DNA of 64,000 nucleotides from a bacterium (lineage in GTDB: Bacteria > Patescibacteriota > Minisyncoccia > Phycocordibacterales > UBA9973), in NCBI GenBank assembly GCA_037200905.1, contig JBBCGN010000005.1, forward strand, positions 29,535 through 93,534, in the 5' to 3' direction. Both the position numbers and the translations under genes were made by a program. The notes beneath the pieces are model-generated. The model searched no databases, was not told where the DNA came from, and saw only the letters and a list, made by a program, of their open reading frames with translations. Shown piece by piece: positions 29,002 to 37,344 of the stretch. Each line of letters begins with the position of its first letter. Position 1 is the stretch's first letter.

Positions 29002-30292
29002 GAAAAAGAATAATTTCCAACTGATTATGATAGCCGTATTCATGGTCGCCGCGCTGATCGGCATGCTGGTGTTCGCCGGCAAGATCAAGATCGGCAAGGA
29101 TCCGGCCGGCTCGGGCGGCACGGTCATCCTCTGGGGGACGGCCAATGGCGGCGATCTCAGCAAGGCCATCGAGGATTTCAACCGCGATAATCCGGCCTTC
29201 ACCGTCAAGTACGTCCAGAAGAACGCCGATACCTTCGACCAGGACCTCCTGTCCGCCCTCGCTTCCGGCGTCGGGCCCGACATATTCTTCCTGCCCGACA
29301 CCCTGGCCTACAGCTACCGCAACAGGATCACCAGGGTGCCGTATACGACCTATCCGCTTTCCGCGTACAAGACGAAATTCGTCGGCGCGGGGGAAGTCTT
29401 CCTGACGTCGCAGGGCATCCTGGCGTTCCCGATGTCCGTCGATCCCATGGTCATGTACTACAACAGGAGCATGCTCGACGCGAACGGCATCGTCTATCCG
29501 CCGCAGTATTGGGACGAATTTCCCAATCTCGTGAGCATTCTCACCAAGAAGGACGACGCCAAGAAGATCATCTCGAGCGCCGTGGCTCTCGGGCAGTTTT
29601 CCAACGTCGCGCACGCCAAGGATATCCTGTCCACGCTCTTCATGCAGGCCGGCAGCCCCATCGTCACCGAACAGAACGGCCAGTTCGTCTCCGCCATGCT
29701 TGATGCTCCCGACTCCGCCCGGCTCGCCGACATCCTCAATTTCTATACGCGATTCACCGATCCCGTCAACGCGAATTATTCGTGGAACAGATCCTTGCAG
29801 GATTCGCGGAGCGCCTTCAGCGCCGAGACCCTCGCGTTCTATTTCGGCTACGCGAGCGAGCTGCCGTATCTCTTGAACAAGAATCCCAATCAGAACTTCC
29901 TGGTGGCGCCGATGCCCCAGCTCCGCAACAGCAATACCAAGATCACCGAAGGCCATGTCACCGGCCTCGCCGTCTCGGCGTTCTCGCAGAATTTCACTTC
30001 GGCTTTCACCGCCGCGAGCCTGATGTCCACCGGCGACTTCGCCGCTGCCTACGCCCAGGCCACCGGCAGCGTGCCGGTCAGGCGCGACCTGCTCGTCGGG
30101 AAGCCGAGCGACGCGTATACGCCGACGTTCTACAATTCCGCGCTCTTCGCCAAAAGCTGGCTCGATCCGGCGCCCGTCACCTCTGACGCCATATTCTCCG
30201 GCATGATCGACGCCATACTGGCCAATACCCTCAGCGCCGATCAGGCCATCAAGGATGCCGCCAACAAGCTAGCCTTCGCCCTTGCCAAATAG
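29000..30292 (+). CDS. extracellular solute-binding protein (ABC-transporter family 1, sugar-type), no cognate permease/ATPase nearby
   Basis: Intact ORF of 430 aa. It has an N-terminal TM/signal and sugar-SBP-like blocks such as ILWGTANGGDLSKAIEDFNRDNPAFTVKYVQ...DIFFLPD. This is a by-eye family call. Confidence 0.72.
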   Translation: MKKNNFQLIMIAVFMVAALIGMLVFAGKIKIGKDPAGSGGTVILWGTANGGDLSKAIEDFNRDNPAFTVKYVQKNADTFDQDLLSALASGVGPDIFFLPDTLAYSYRNRITRVPYTTYPLSAYKTKFVGAGEVFLTSQGILAFPMSVDPMVMYYNRSMLDANGIVYPPQYWDEFPNLVSILTKKDDAKKIISSAVALGQFSNVAHAKDILSTLFMQAGSPIVTEQNGQFVSAMLDAPDSARLADILNFYTRFTDPVNANYSWNRSLQDSRSAFSAETLAFYFGYASELPYLLNKNPNQNFLVAPMPQLRNSNTKITEGHVTGLAVSAFSQNFTSAFTAASLMSTGDFAAAYAQATGSVPVRRDLLVGKPSDAYTPTFYNSALFAKSWLDPAPVTSDAIFSGMIDAILANTLSADQAIKDAANKLAFALAK

Positions 30293-30296
30293 CCTT

Positions 30297-30797
30297 ATGG
30301 AACGCTATACGAAAAAATATCGCTTCGCCGCCGTCCTCATGACCATCGCTCTCGGCATGGCGTTCGCCGCGCCGGTATTCTTCGCCTACGCCCAGAATCC
30401 CAGTCCTACGACGGGAGATTCCACTGCCGGCAAGGGCCTCGTGCCCTGCGGCAAGGAAGTATACAAGGCGCAAGAGAAGATGGTCACGATCAACGGCACG
30501 CAGGTGGATGCCAAGGGCACCATCAAGGATCCCTGCACCCTGAAGACCTTGCTCGACATGGTCAACAATGTCGTGCACTTCATACTCTTCTTCATGGTGG
30601 TGCCCATCGGTGCCATCATGATGTGCTACGCGGGCTTCCTGCTCGTGACTGGCGGCGGGGAAGAGGCGAGGAAGACGAAAGCCAAAGAACTGATCTGGAA
30701 CGTGGTCTGGGGCCTGGTCATCGCCATCGCGGCCTGGCTCATCGTCGAGACCATATTGAAGCTGCTCGGCTATGACGGTTCCTATTTCGGATTTTAA
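30297..30797 (+). CDS. VirB2/TrbC-like small secreted two-TM 'pilin' paralogue 1
   Basis: Signal peptide ...APVFFAYAQ|N, a Cys pair (LVPCG...DPC), then two TM helices separated by the charged loop GGGEEARKTKAKE. The ATG at 30297 is preferred because the ORF-track start is a TTG. Confidence 0.7.
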   Translation: MERYTKKYRFAAVLMTIALGMAFAAPVFFAYAQNPSPTTGDSTAGKGLVPCGKEVYKAQEKMVTINGTQVDAKGTIKDPCTLKTLLDMVNNVVHFILFFMVVPIGAIMMCYAGFLLVTGGGEEARKTKAKELIWNVVWGLVIAIAAWLIVETILKLLGYDGSYFGF

Positions 30798-30822
30798 CAA
30801 TCTAACGTATAATTAAGAAGCC

Positions 30823-31245
30823 ATGAAGCATATCAAAACCAAAGGACTGATCGCTCTCGCCATCCTCTATGTCGCCCTCCTGTTCCCGTTCGCCGCCCTG
30901 GCGCAGAATCCGTCGCCGGCTCCGAGCGACTGCAATCCGTGCCCTTCGTCCGGCGCCACACCCTCCTCGCAGACATCCTCGAGCGCCGGCAGGATCTGCA
31001 ATCCCATCAATTGCGACCTGCCCGCCTATATCAAGACGATCCTGACCGGCGTCATCAAGATCGGCATACCGGTCATAACGCTTGCCATCATCTACTGCGG
31101 CTTCCTCTTCGTCAGCGCTCGCGGCAACGAGAAAGAGCTTCAGGTCGCCAAGCGCGCCCTCATGTACACCCTCATCGGCGCGGCAGTATTGCTCGGCTCC
31201 TGGGCTTTGGCGCAGCTCATCTCCGATACCGTGCTCGCGCTCTGA
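30823..31245 (+). CDS. VirB2/TrbC-like 'pilin' paralogue 2
   Basis: Signal peptide ...FAALAQ|N, a Cys-rich segment (CNPCP...CNPINC), and two TM helices with the loop SARGNEKELQVAKRA. Confidence 0.7.
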   Translation: MKHIKTKGLIALAILYVALLFPFAALAQNPSPAPSDCNPCPSSGATPSSQTSSSAGRICNPINCDLPAYIKTILTGVIKIGIPVITLAIIYCGFLFVSARGNEKELQVAKRALMYTLIGAAVLLGSWALAQLISDTVLAL

Positions 31246-31269
31246 TCCTTATCATTACTCATAAGCTCT

Positions 31270-31821
31270 ATGAAACACATATTAAAAAATAAATTCATAC
31301 GAATACCTGTAGCTCTCTGCATGGGCCTCGCCGTCTTCTTCGCGGGCGTAGCCATACCTCTGCATGTGACGTTTGCGCAAGGTTCATGCACCAATCCTAT
31401 CGATACCAATGAAAGCGATTGCATCTCGAACGGCGCGCAATGGATACCCGCAGGCGGAGGCGGGTGCAGGAGGCGGAGGAGGTGGCGGCGTGACCGTCAC
31501 GCAGTCCCACCGGCAGCTGCAGCACCCTCAAGGCCAATCCCAAGCCTCCAGGACCTGATCTGCTACGTCGTGGACAGCCTCATCGCCGGCGTGGTGCCGC
31601 TCATCTTCGCCCTCGCCATCGTCATGTTCGTCTGGGGCGTGGTGCGCTACGTCATCGGCGCGGACGACGAGAAGGAGAGGGAGCGAGGCAAGCAGTTCAT
31701 GATCTGGGGCATCATCGCCCTCGCGGTCATGGTGAGCGTCTGGGGCCTGGTGCATCTCGTCACCAATACCTTCGGATTGTCTACCGGCGGCCAGACCTAT
31801 ATTCCACAGGTCAGGCAGTAA
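31270..31821 (+). CDS. VirB2/TrbC-like 'pilin' paralogue 3 (GGN low-complexity insert)
   Basis: Signal peptide ...HVTFAQ|G with Cys residues. The two-TM core reads FALAIVMFVWGVVRYVIGADDEKERERGKQFMIWGIIALAVMVSVWGLVHLVTNTFGL. Confidence 0.7.
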   Translation: MKHILKNKFIRIPVALCMGLAVFFAGVAIPLHVTFAQGSCTNPIDTNESDCISNGAQWIPAGGGGCRRRRRWRRDRHAVPPAAAAPSRPIPSLQDLICYVVDSLIAGVVPLIFALAIVMFVWGVVRYVIGADDEKERERGKQFMIWGIIALAVMVSVWGLVHLVTNTFGLSTGGQTYIPQVRQ

Positions 31822-31940
31822 ACGGCTCTTGCATTCGTTCCGGCTGTGGTATAATTGTCGGGAGAAGTATTATTAATATTATAGGTCGTATCGTCATTAT
31901 CAGTTTATTAGTTGTCCCGCCTCCGGCGGGACGGGAATTT

Positions 31941-32360
31941 ATGAAAAACACATTAGTTAAGTTGTCTGGTTTCGCAGCTGGTTTGGGAACCGCGGTCGCT
32001 ATTCCGTTGTTGGCGTTCGCTCAGGGCGTAGGCACTCAGTCGGGCAGCATCGCGCCGACTAAGTGCAATAGCGGTACTATTACCGACATTCAGAGCTTCG
32101 TTTGTAAGCTTAACGAGATCTTGAGCGCGCTGTTGCCGTTCTTGGTTACCCTCGGCATCATCTACTTCGTCTGGGGCGTCGTTTCCTATGTCATCGCTGA
32201 CGACGAAGAGGCGAAGAAGAAGGGCCGCGATCGCATGATCTACGGCATCATCGGCTTGGTTGTCATCGTCGGTGTCTGGGGCCTGGTATCATGGGTTACC
32301 ACTACCTTCGGCTTGAACAACAACACCACGCAGATCATATATCCGACCGTACCGTATTAA
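31941..32360 (+). CDS. VirB2/TrbC-like 'pilin' paralogue 4
   Basis: Signal peptide ...LLAFAQ|G and a Cys pair. The core reads TLGIIYFVWGVVSYVIADDEEAKKKGRDRMIYGIIGLVVIVGVWGLVSWVTTTFGL. Confidence 0.72.
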   Translation: MKNTLVKLSGFAAGLGTAVAIPLLAFAQGVGTQSGSIAPTKCNSGTITDIQSFVCKLNEILSALLPFLVTLGIIYFVWGVVSYVIADDEEAKKKGRDRMIYGIIGLVVIVGVWGLVSWVTTTFGLNNNTTQIIYPTVPY

Positions 32361-32378
32361 TTCCTAAGACTGTACGCA

Positions 32379-32723
32379 ATGGATCTCTTATTCCCGAACG
32401 TAGCGCATGCTGAGACTGTGGACCAGTTCATAGCCAACGTCGATAGGCTCATCATCAATCCGCTTATCGTGCTCTTGTTCGCCTTGGCTGTCATCTACTT
32501 CCTCTGGGGCATGTTCATGTTCTTGGCCAACGCCGACAACGAAGAGAAGCGTTCTGTGGGCAAACTGCACATGATCTACGGGGTTATCGGCATGACGATC
32601 ATGGTAGGAGTGTTCGCAATCATGCACGTGGTTCTCGATACCCTCAGCATCGACGGCATCAATCCCGAACAAGGTTCCGTGCAATTGGATGATTACAACC
32701 CGTCCTATCCGCCCGCTCCATAG
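32379..32723 (+). CDS. VirB2/TrbC-like 'pilin' paralogue 5 (short pre-sequence)
   Basis: MDLLFPNVAHAE|T..., with the core LFALAVIYFLWGMFMFLANADNEEKRSVGKLHMIYGVIGMTIMVGVFAIMHVVLDTL. Confidence 0.65.
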   Translation: MDLLFPNVAHAETVDQFIANVDRLIINPLIVLLFALAVIYFLWGMFMFLANADNEEKRSVGKLHMIYGVIGMTIMVGVFAIMHVVLDTLSIDGINPEQGSVQLDDYNPSYPPAP

Positions 32724-32826
32724 CCCGCGTACGAACAGGGAATGCGAGAGAAACAAAAAAGCCATCACTATATCATAGTGATGGCTTTGCGTTTGCGCGG
32801 ATTATCGGGCGCAAGCGCGATGTTTC

Positions 32827-33603
32827 TTAAGGAACTAATTGCCATTTGATGTACGACTTGTCATCCACGGCATAATACTCGTAGGCCTCTCCTCCGGGAT
32901 ACCGGAAGAAGGCGTACCATTTCTTGGCCCAGTCCTTGTCGTTCGGCGTGATGTCGTACAGGACATTGCTCCGGTCTTTGACCAGCACGTACGTGCCCCT
33001 GCCTGTCGGCGCGGGGATTTCCGTATGCCTGCCGTCGATCCAGAGGGTCACCGGCTTCTCGGCCGTGGCCATGCCTTCTCCGCTTTTCGGATACAGGGAG
33101 TCGCGCCGGGCCTGGGCTTCTCTTCTCGGCTTGCTGATGGAATCAGCAAGCCGTGCGGCCTCGCGCTGTTGCGCTTTGACTATGGCGTCCACCTGCTCTT
33201 TAGCTCCTTTGTTCTGCAATTCCAGATGGTAGACGAATAGCATCGCTACTATCAATGCCAGAAGAAAGGCATTGTCCGTCTGGCCGAAAACTACGGCAAG
33301 AAGGATGCAGATGATGATCGCAATGTTCGACAAGATGAAGAAATCAAGAGAACCCCACCACGCTTCCCATGCGTTGGGAGCGACGGATCGTATCATCAGC
33401 ACGATCAGGGCGTACCCGATCAGGCAGAGCGCCAGGATCAGGATTTTCTTTCCCGTGAAGAGCACTGCTGTTCCGGTTTTCCGGAGAATTCCCGCAAGCG
33501 CGGCTCCGGCTTTTCCGGGCGCGCTGCTCTTTCTTCTGCCTGAGCGTTTCGTGCCATAAAGGATGAACGCCACAAGGATCAGTATGATCATAATGTTAAG
33601 CAT
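32827..33603 (-). CDS. hypothetical polytopic membrane protein with C-terminal soluble domain
   Basis: Part of ORF 32827..33645. The ATG at 33603 is preceded by GGAGG with 6-nt spacing and overlaps the stop of the upstream gene by 8 nt. Confidence 0.55.
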   Translation of the reverse strand: MLNIMIILILVAFILYGTKRSGRRKSSAPGKAGAALAGILRKTGTAVLFTGKKILILALCLIGYALIVLMIRSVAPNAWEAWWGSLDFFILSNIAIIICILLAVVFGQTDNAFLLALIVAMLFVYHLELQNKGAKEQVDAIVKAQQREAARLADSISKPRREAQARRDSLYPKSGEGMATAEKPVTLWIDGRHTEIPAPTGRGTYVLVKDRSNVLYDITPNDKDWAKKWYAFFRYPGGEAYEYYAVDDKSYIKWQLVP

Positions 33604-35008
33604 GAGTTGCCTCCTTTTTTGTATGCTCCGTGATCGCGTCTGCAACCATCAGAGACAGTTTTTTGAACAATTCTTCGTTTGCTTGAGTGAATGATGCGCC
33701 GTCGCTCATGCGGCTGGTCAAGTACGTGTGCTTGCCGTACTCGTAGGCTTTGATTTCCGCGTCTATCAGTGCGATAGTCTTGGCATCGATGCCTGCGTTG
33801 GCAGCGACGTCGAGCTTGGCTTTCAACGCTTCAGCATTGGCTACGCCCTTGCTCTTGATCGCAGCAGCTTCTCCTTGTCCGACTTTCGTCAGGTCTACAA
33901 GCTTGCCTTCTGCGAATTCTTTCATCTTGAGAGCGTCGCCTGTGCCTTCCAGCGCTTTCTTCTGCGCCGTGAAGCCTTCTGTTACGACGGCATTCACTGC
34001 GGCATGCACTGAAGGCGGACCCCCGAGAGATTTGACTCTGGCATCGATGACTTTCAATCCGAGGCCGTAGACCGGCTCATCATCGTCGTCAGTCAAACGG
34101 GCAATATCTTCGATTGCATTTTCTAATTTCTGGTCGAGCCATTTGGAAGTCTGCAAATGAAGGATTTGAGCATAGGTATACTTCTTGAATTCGGTGTTCA
34201 CCATGCTCTGGGCGGCATTTGTCAGCTGCTTGCCCGCTTCGATGAACCGTTCATGGGGATCATTGCCCCTGGCATTGCGCCGATAGAGGAAATAGTCATC
34301 TATTACCACGATGATGGGCATGTTCGGCGTGAGCGTCACCTGCTTGCTGTTCACATCGCTTTCCATGTTCTCTCTAAACGCTTGCTTCTGCGCGTCAGTC
34401 ACTACATCGTCCGGGTATGGAAATGTGGACCAATGCGCTTGCGCGAGTGTCGGAGTCGCCGTAGTGATTTCTGAGAAGCGATATTTGCCTTCGCTCGCCC
34501 ATGACTTGAGAAGGTCTTCTTTATTGCCTTCTTCGATATCCCTGTGGCCTTTCTTCAACTCCTTCTCGACTTCTTCGTTGCTGATGCCTTTTATCTCATA
34601 TCTGCGGCGTGAAAGCGAATCAGTCTCGATGCGCACGAATCCGGGGAAGGCGAAGTACAAAGTGCCTCCTTTCAGATTGTTCAGAAGGGGAATTGCTCCT
34701 CCGAACATCGGTAGTCCGTATGCGCCGCCGATTTCTTCGGGCTGGAGCGTACGGGCAGAAATCTTGAATGCCAGGAATGGCCAGAGGACGAATGCGATCA
34801 GCCAAGGGTTGATCGCGATACCTGTCGTAATGTGCGTGACGGGATCGACGGTAGTCGTTTTTATCGGGAAGATAATCCATCCGAGGATGATTATGATCCA
34901 GAAGAGCGATGCTCCAAAGATGTTCAAGAACCAGTAGAGGAACGGTCGTTCCTTGATAGGCCGCACGGCGCTTGCCGGTGCCAGCCTCCTTCTCCTATAC
35001 GTTGCCAT
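33596..35008 (-). CDS. membrane protein with divergent SPFH/band-7-like C-terminal half
   Basis: Intact ORF of 470 aa with an N-terminal TM pair. The tail GLGLKVIDARVKSLGGPPSVHAAVNAVV...AQKKALEGTGDA...GQGEAAAIKSKGVANAEALKAKL resembles the SPFH/flotillin Ala/Glu-rich region. This is a by-eye call. Confidence 0.5.
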   Translation of the reverse strand: MATYRRRRLAPASAVRPIKERPFLYWFLNIFGASLFWIIIILGWIIFPIKTTTVDPVTHITTGIAINPWLIAFVLWPFLAFKISARTLQPEEIGGAYGLPMFGGAIPLLNNLKGGTLYFAFPGFVRIETDSLSRRRYEIKGISNEEVEKELKKGHRDIEEGNKEDLLKSWASEGKYRFSEITTATPTLAQAHWSTFPYPDDVVTDAQKQAFRENMESDVNSKQVTLTPNMPIIVVIDDYFLYRRNARGNDPHERFIEAGKQLTNAAQSMVNTEFKKYTYAQILHLQTSKWLDQKLENAIEDIARLTDDDDEPVYGLGLKVIDARVKSLGGPPSVHAAVNAVVTEGFTAQKKALEGTGDALKMKEFAEGKLVDLTKVGQGEAAAIKSKGVANAEALKAKLDVAANAGIDAKTIALIDAEIKAYEYGKHTYLTSRMSDGASFTQANEELFKKLSLMVADAITEHTKKEATHA

Positions 35009-35133
35009 GTTTTGTCTCCTTTTTGTTTTTTGTTATGTAAATTGATTTGTCAAAAGGGAAGCCGACGCGAGATGCTCGTATCAGCTCCGGATCTGACAAA
35101 TCAATTAGTTTTCAAAGGGCACCCTTACCTATA

Positions 35134-35162
35134 TAGTATAGCACAAAGAAACAAAAAAGTCA
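35134..35162 (-). promoter_or_regulatory. sigma70-type promoter for the 35008 operon
   Basis: The minus strand reads TTGACT (35162-35157), a 17-nt spacer ending in TGC, then TATACT (35139-35134). Confidence 0.5.
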
Positions 35163-35209
35163 AGCCGTTCGGGCCTGACTTTTTCTTATGTCATAAGGGT
35201 AATTTGGGA

Positions 35210-36076
35210 TTATTCGTGCTCCGAATGTTCCGCGTGAGCGTGAGGATCTGCCACTTCTTCGCCTTCCTTCTTTTCCTCCTCTTCCTTCTTCTGGAGATAG
35301 TATTTCCTCCAGAGGATGACGCCGAGCAGGATCACGATGGCGAGGAAGAGCCATGCCAGGAAGCCCCACGGGAAGAAGCCGCTCGAAGCGTTCGCCGGCT
35401 GGTTTTTCACCGTTGTCGTCGAAGTATTGGTAGTATTGGTAGCAGTGGTGGTCGTGCCTGAGCCGTCCGCGTTGCTGGCAGCTATCGTGCCGTCAGGATT
35501 GGTGATGACATCGGCATTGCCTATGACCGGGGTGCCGTTGGTGACATTGAACGTCGTGACGTTCGAGATGCCTCCCGGGCTCGGCGTAAAGACGGTGATA
35601 GGATAGCTGCCGATAGCGGCCATATCAGCGTCGTTCAGAGTTACAGAGAGCTGCGTGCCGCTGACGAAAGTGGTCGTCCTGTCTGCGCCGTTGTAGCGCA
35701 CGATAGAAGCAGGCACGAAGTTCGCGCCGATGACGTTGAGGGAGATCTTGCTCGAGCCCATGGCGATGGCGCCGGGAGTAATCTTGTAGACTACCGGAGC
35801 CGCACCGTTTACGGAGCCGTAAGCATTTGCGCCGTTCGTGCCGTTTGAACCATCAGCGCCATTGGTACCATTTGAACCGTTCGTGCCGTAATAATTCTGA
35901 TTTGAAGTACCGCCGTTGTTCATACCGTTTGAAGGGGTCGAATTGCCGTAATATTGGATGTTGACCGTGCCGGCATTTTGCGCCAAAGCGCTGTTTGGAA
36001 AGGCGAGGGAAAGAGCACCGAGGGCCAAAAGGACCGAAGCGCTGACAATTATTGTGTTTTTCTTAATTGTATCCAT
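35210..36076 (-). CDS. cell-surface protein with G-x-N/collagen-like triplets, IPT/TIG-like domain and C-terminal TM anchor
   Basis: MDTIKKNTIIVSASVLLALGALSLAFPNSALAQ is the signal peptide. GTNGSNGTNGADGSNGTNGAN is a triplet repeat. PVVYKITPGAIAMGSSKISLNVIGANFVP...VRYNG...QLSVTL looks IPT/TIG-like. The C-terminus has a TM and an E/K/H-rich tail. Confidence 0.65.
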   Translation of the reverse strand: MDTIKKNTIIVSASVLLALGALSLAFPNSALAQNAGTVNIQYYGNSTPSNGMNNGGTSNQNYYGTNGSNGTNGADGSNGTNGANAYGSVNGAAPVVYKITPGAIAMGSSKISLNVIGANFVPASIVRYNGADRTTTFVSGTQLSVTLNDADMAAIGSYPITVFTPSPGGISNVTTFNVTNGTPVIGNADVITNPDGTIAASNADGSGTTTTATNTTNTSTTTVKNQPANASSGFFPWGFLAWLFLAIVILLGVILWRKYYLQKKEEEEKKEGEEVADPHAHAEHSEHE

Positions 36077-36084
36077 ATATTTAT

Positions 36085-36113
36085 AGTATAGCATAAAGAA
36101 GCTAAAAAGTCAA
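36085..36113 (-). promoter_or_regulatory. sigma70-type promoter; ATG 8 nt after the -10 box (leaderless)
   Basis: The minus strand reads TTGACT (36113-36108), a 17-nt spacer ending in TGC, then TATACT (36090-36085). The start codon begins at 36076. Confidence 0.55.
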
Positions 36114-36196
36114 TACCTTAGCAGGCTTGCAAAAAGGCTGCTTTATAAGGCTATTATCGGACATTGCCCGGTAGGTATGCTATACTATGCGCATCT

Positions 36197-37207
36197 ATGG
36201 AATCGCCCAATGCCCTCTGGCACCTGCCAGGCGGAGAGCAGAAAATCGAGGAATACGTGCGCCGCATCCGGGCGGGCGAGTCCAAGGAGGCTATCTTCGA
36301 GGGCCTGCCGGAATCTTTCAAGTCCGGCATCGAGATGCGGCTTGCTTCGCTCGAAGCGAAAGAAATAACAGATGCGTCCAAAGAAGAAAAAAAGGACATT
36401 GAACAAAGACAGATTGAAGAATTGAGGAAAAAACTCGGCGCAGACCAGGTCCCCGGGTTGAGCATGGAGGAAAGAAAAAAATTGCAGGGCTGGCCGGCGA
36501 GCTATGAATTGGCGAAAATCGCAAAGCAGCAGGGCATTGATCTTTCAAAAATATCGCGGGAAGAGTATGTCGATTTCGCCATACAAAACTCTCTGGCGAT
36601 CGACGATGGTCAGCTGCGGGTGGCTCCGTGGCAGCGTATGGGAACTTCTGTCGAGGAGATCGTGGCGGGGAACAGGGAAAGGAAGGCGCTCATCAATCCG
36701 GAATCAGAAAAATCTTTCGCACGGTTTTCCCACGACACTCAGGCGAAAGCGGGCACGGAAGATCGTTTTTTGGGCGAGAATATAAAAGTCCGGCAAGGAA
36801 CGAAAGATTCCAACTCATGGCTGTTCTTCGGAATCAACAAAGGCATCGCTCAAAATACCAATGAAACTTTCAAATCGTATGTTTCGGTCAAAGATCTGAA
36901 CACATTGACCCCCGAAAGATTCAAGCAATTCATGGCTGCGCTGCGGGATGCGGGATATAACGGCGATATAAAAATCTTTCAAGACATGTCCGAGCAAGGA
37001 ATCCGGCTCAATGACCAGATCGTGATGCACGGCGGCTCAGAGGCGGATGCGAAGCTCGGGCTTGAAGTTGCAGAGAAATTCTTTGGTGCCGACTTGGACG
37101 AGAAGAGCCTCGGAAAAGATGAAGTTATCGACGGGAAGAATATGAGTTACAGCCAGATCCTCGCGAAAAGGATCGCGGATGCCGTGCGTCCGCACAAATC
37201 TCAATAA
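36197..37207 (+). CDS. hypothetical cytoplasmic protein
   Basis: Part of ORF 36164..37207. The ATG at 36197 (MESPNALWHLPGGEQ...) lies 10 nt after a TGCTATACT box. No family was confidently recognised. Confidence 0.55.
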   Translation: MESPNALWHLPGGEQKIEEYVRRIRAGESKEAIFEGLPESFKSGIEMRLASLEAKEITDASKEEKKDIEQRQIEELRKKLGADQVPGLSMEERKKLQGWPASYELAKIAKQQGIDLSKISREEYVDFAIQNSLAIDDGQLRVAPWQRMGTSVEEIVAGNRERKALINPESEKSFARFSHDTQAKAGTEDRFLGENIKVRQGTKDSNSWLFFGINKGIAQNTNETFKSYVSVKDLNTLTPERFKQFMAALRDAGYNGDIKIFQDMSEQGIRLNDQIVMHGGSEADAKLGLEVAEKFFGADLDEKSLGKDEVIDGKNMSYSQILAKRIADAVRPHKSQ

Positions 37208-37211
37208 TTTG

Positions 37212-37293
37212 TGCTGGAGGAGGGACTCGAACCCTCAAGCCTTGCGGCACTAGTTCCTAAGACTAGCGCGTATACCAATTCCGCCACTCCAGC
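37212..37293 (-). tRNA. tRNA-Leu (anticodon TAG)
   Basis: The minus strand reads GCTGGAG-TG-GCGGAATTGGTATACGCG-CTAGT-CTTAGGA-ACTAG-long variable arm-GAGGG-TTCGAGT-CCCTC-CTCCAGC-A. The cloverleaf was folded by hand. Confidence 0.9.
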
Positions 37294-37344
37294 ATAAGCA
37301 TAAGTATATTCCTTATTTGCTATAATGATACTATAATAATTCCT

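Noticed and set aside
35780-35900. GTNGSNGTNGADGSNGTNGAN nucleotide repeats as a stand-alone tandem repeat or VNTR feature
   Set aside because: The repeats are in frame within the surface-protein CDS and imperfect at the DNA level. They are reported only as a protein low-complexity or collagen-like region.
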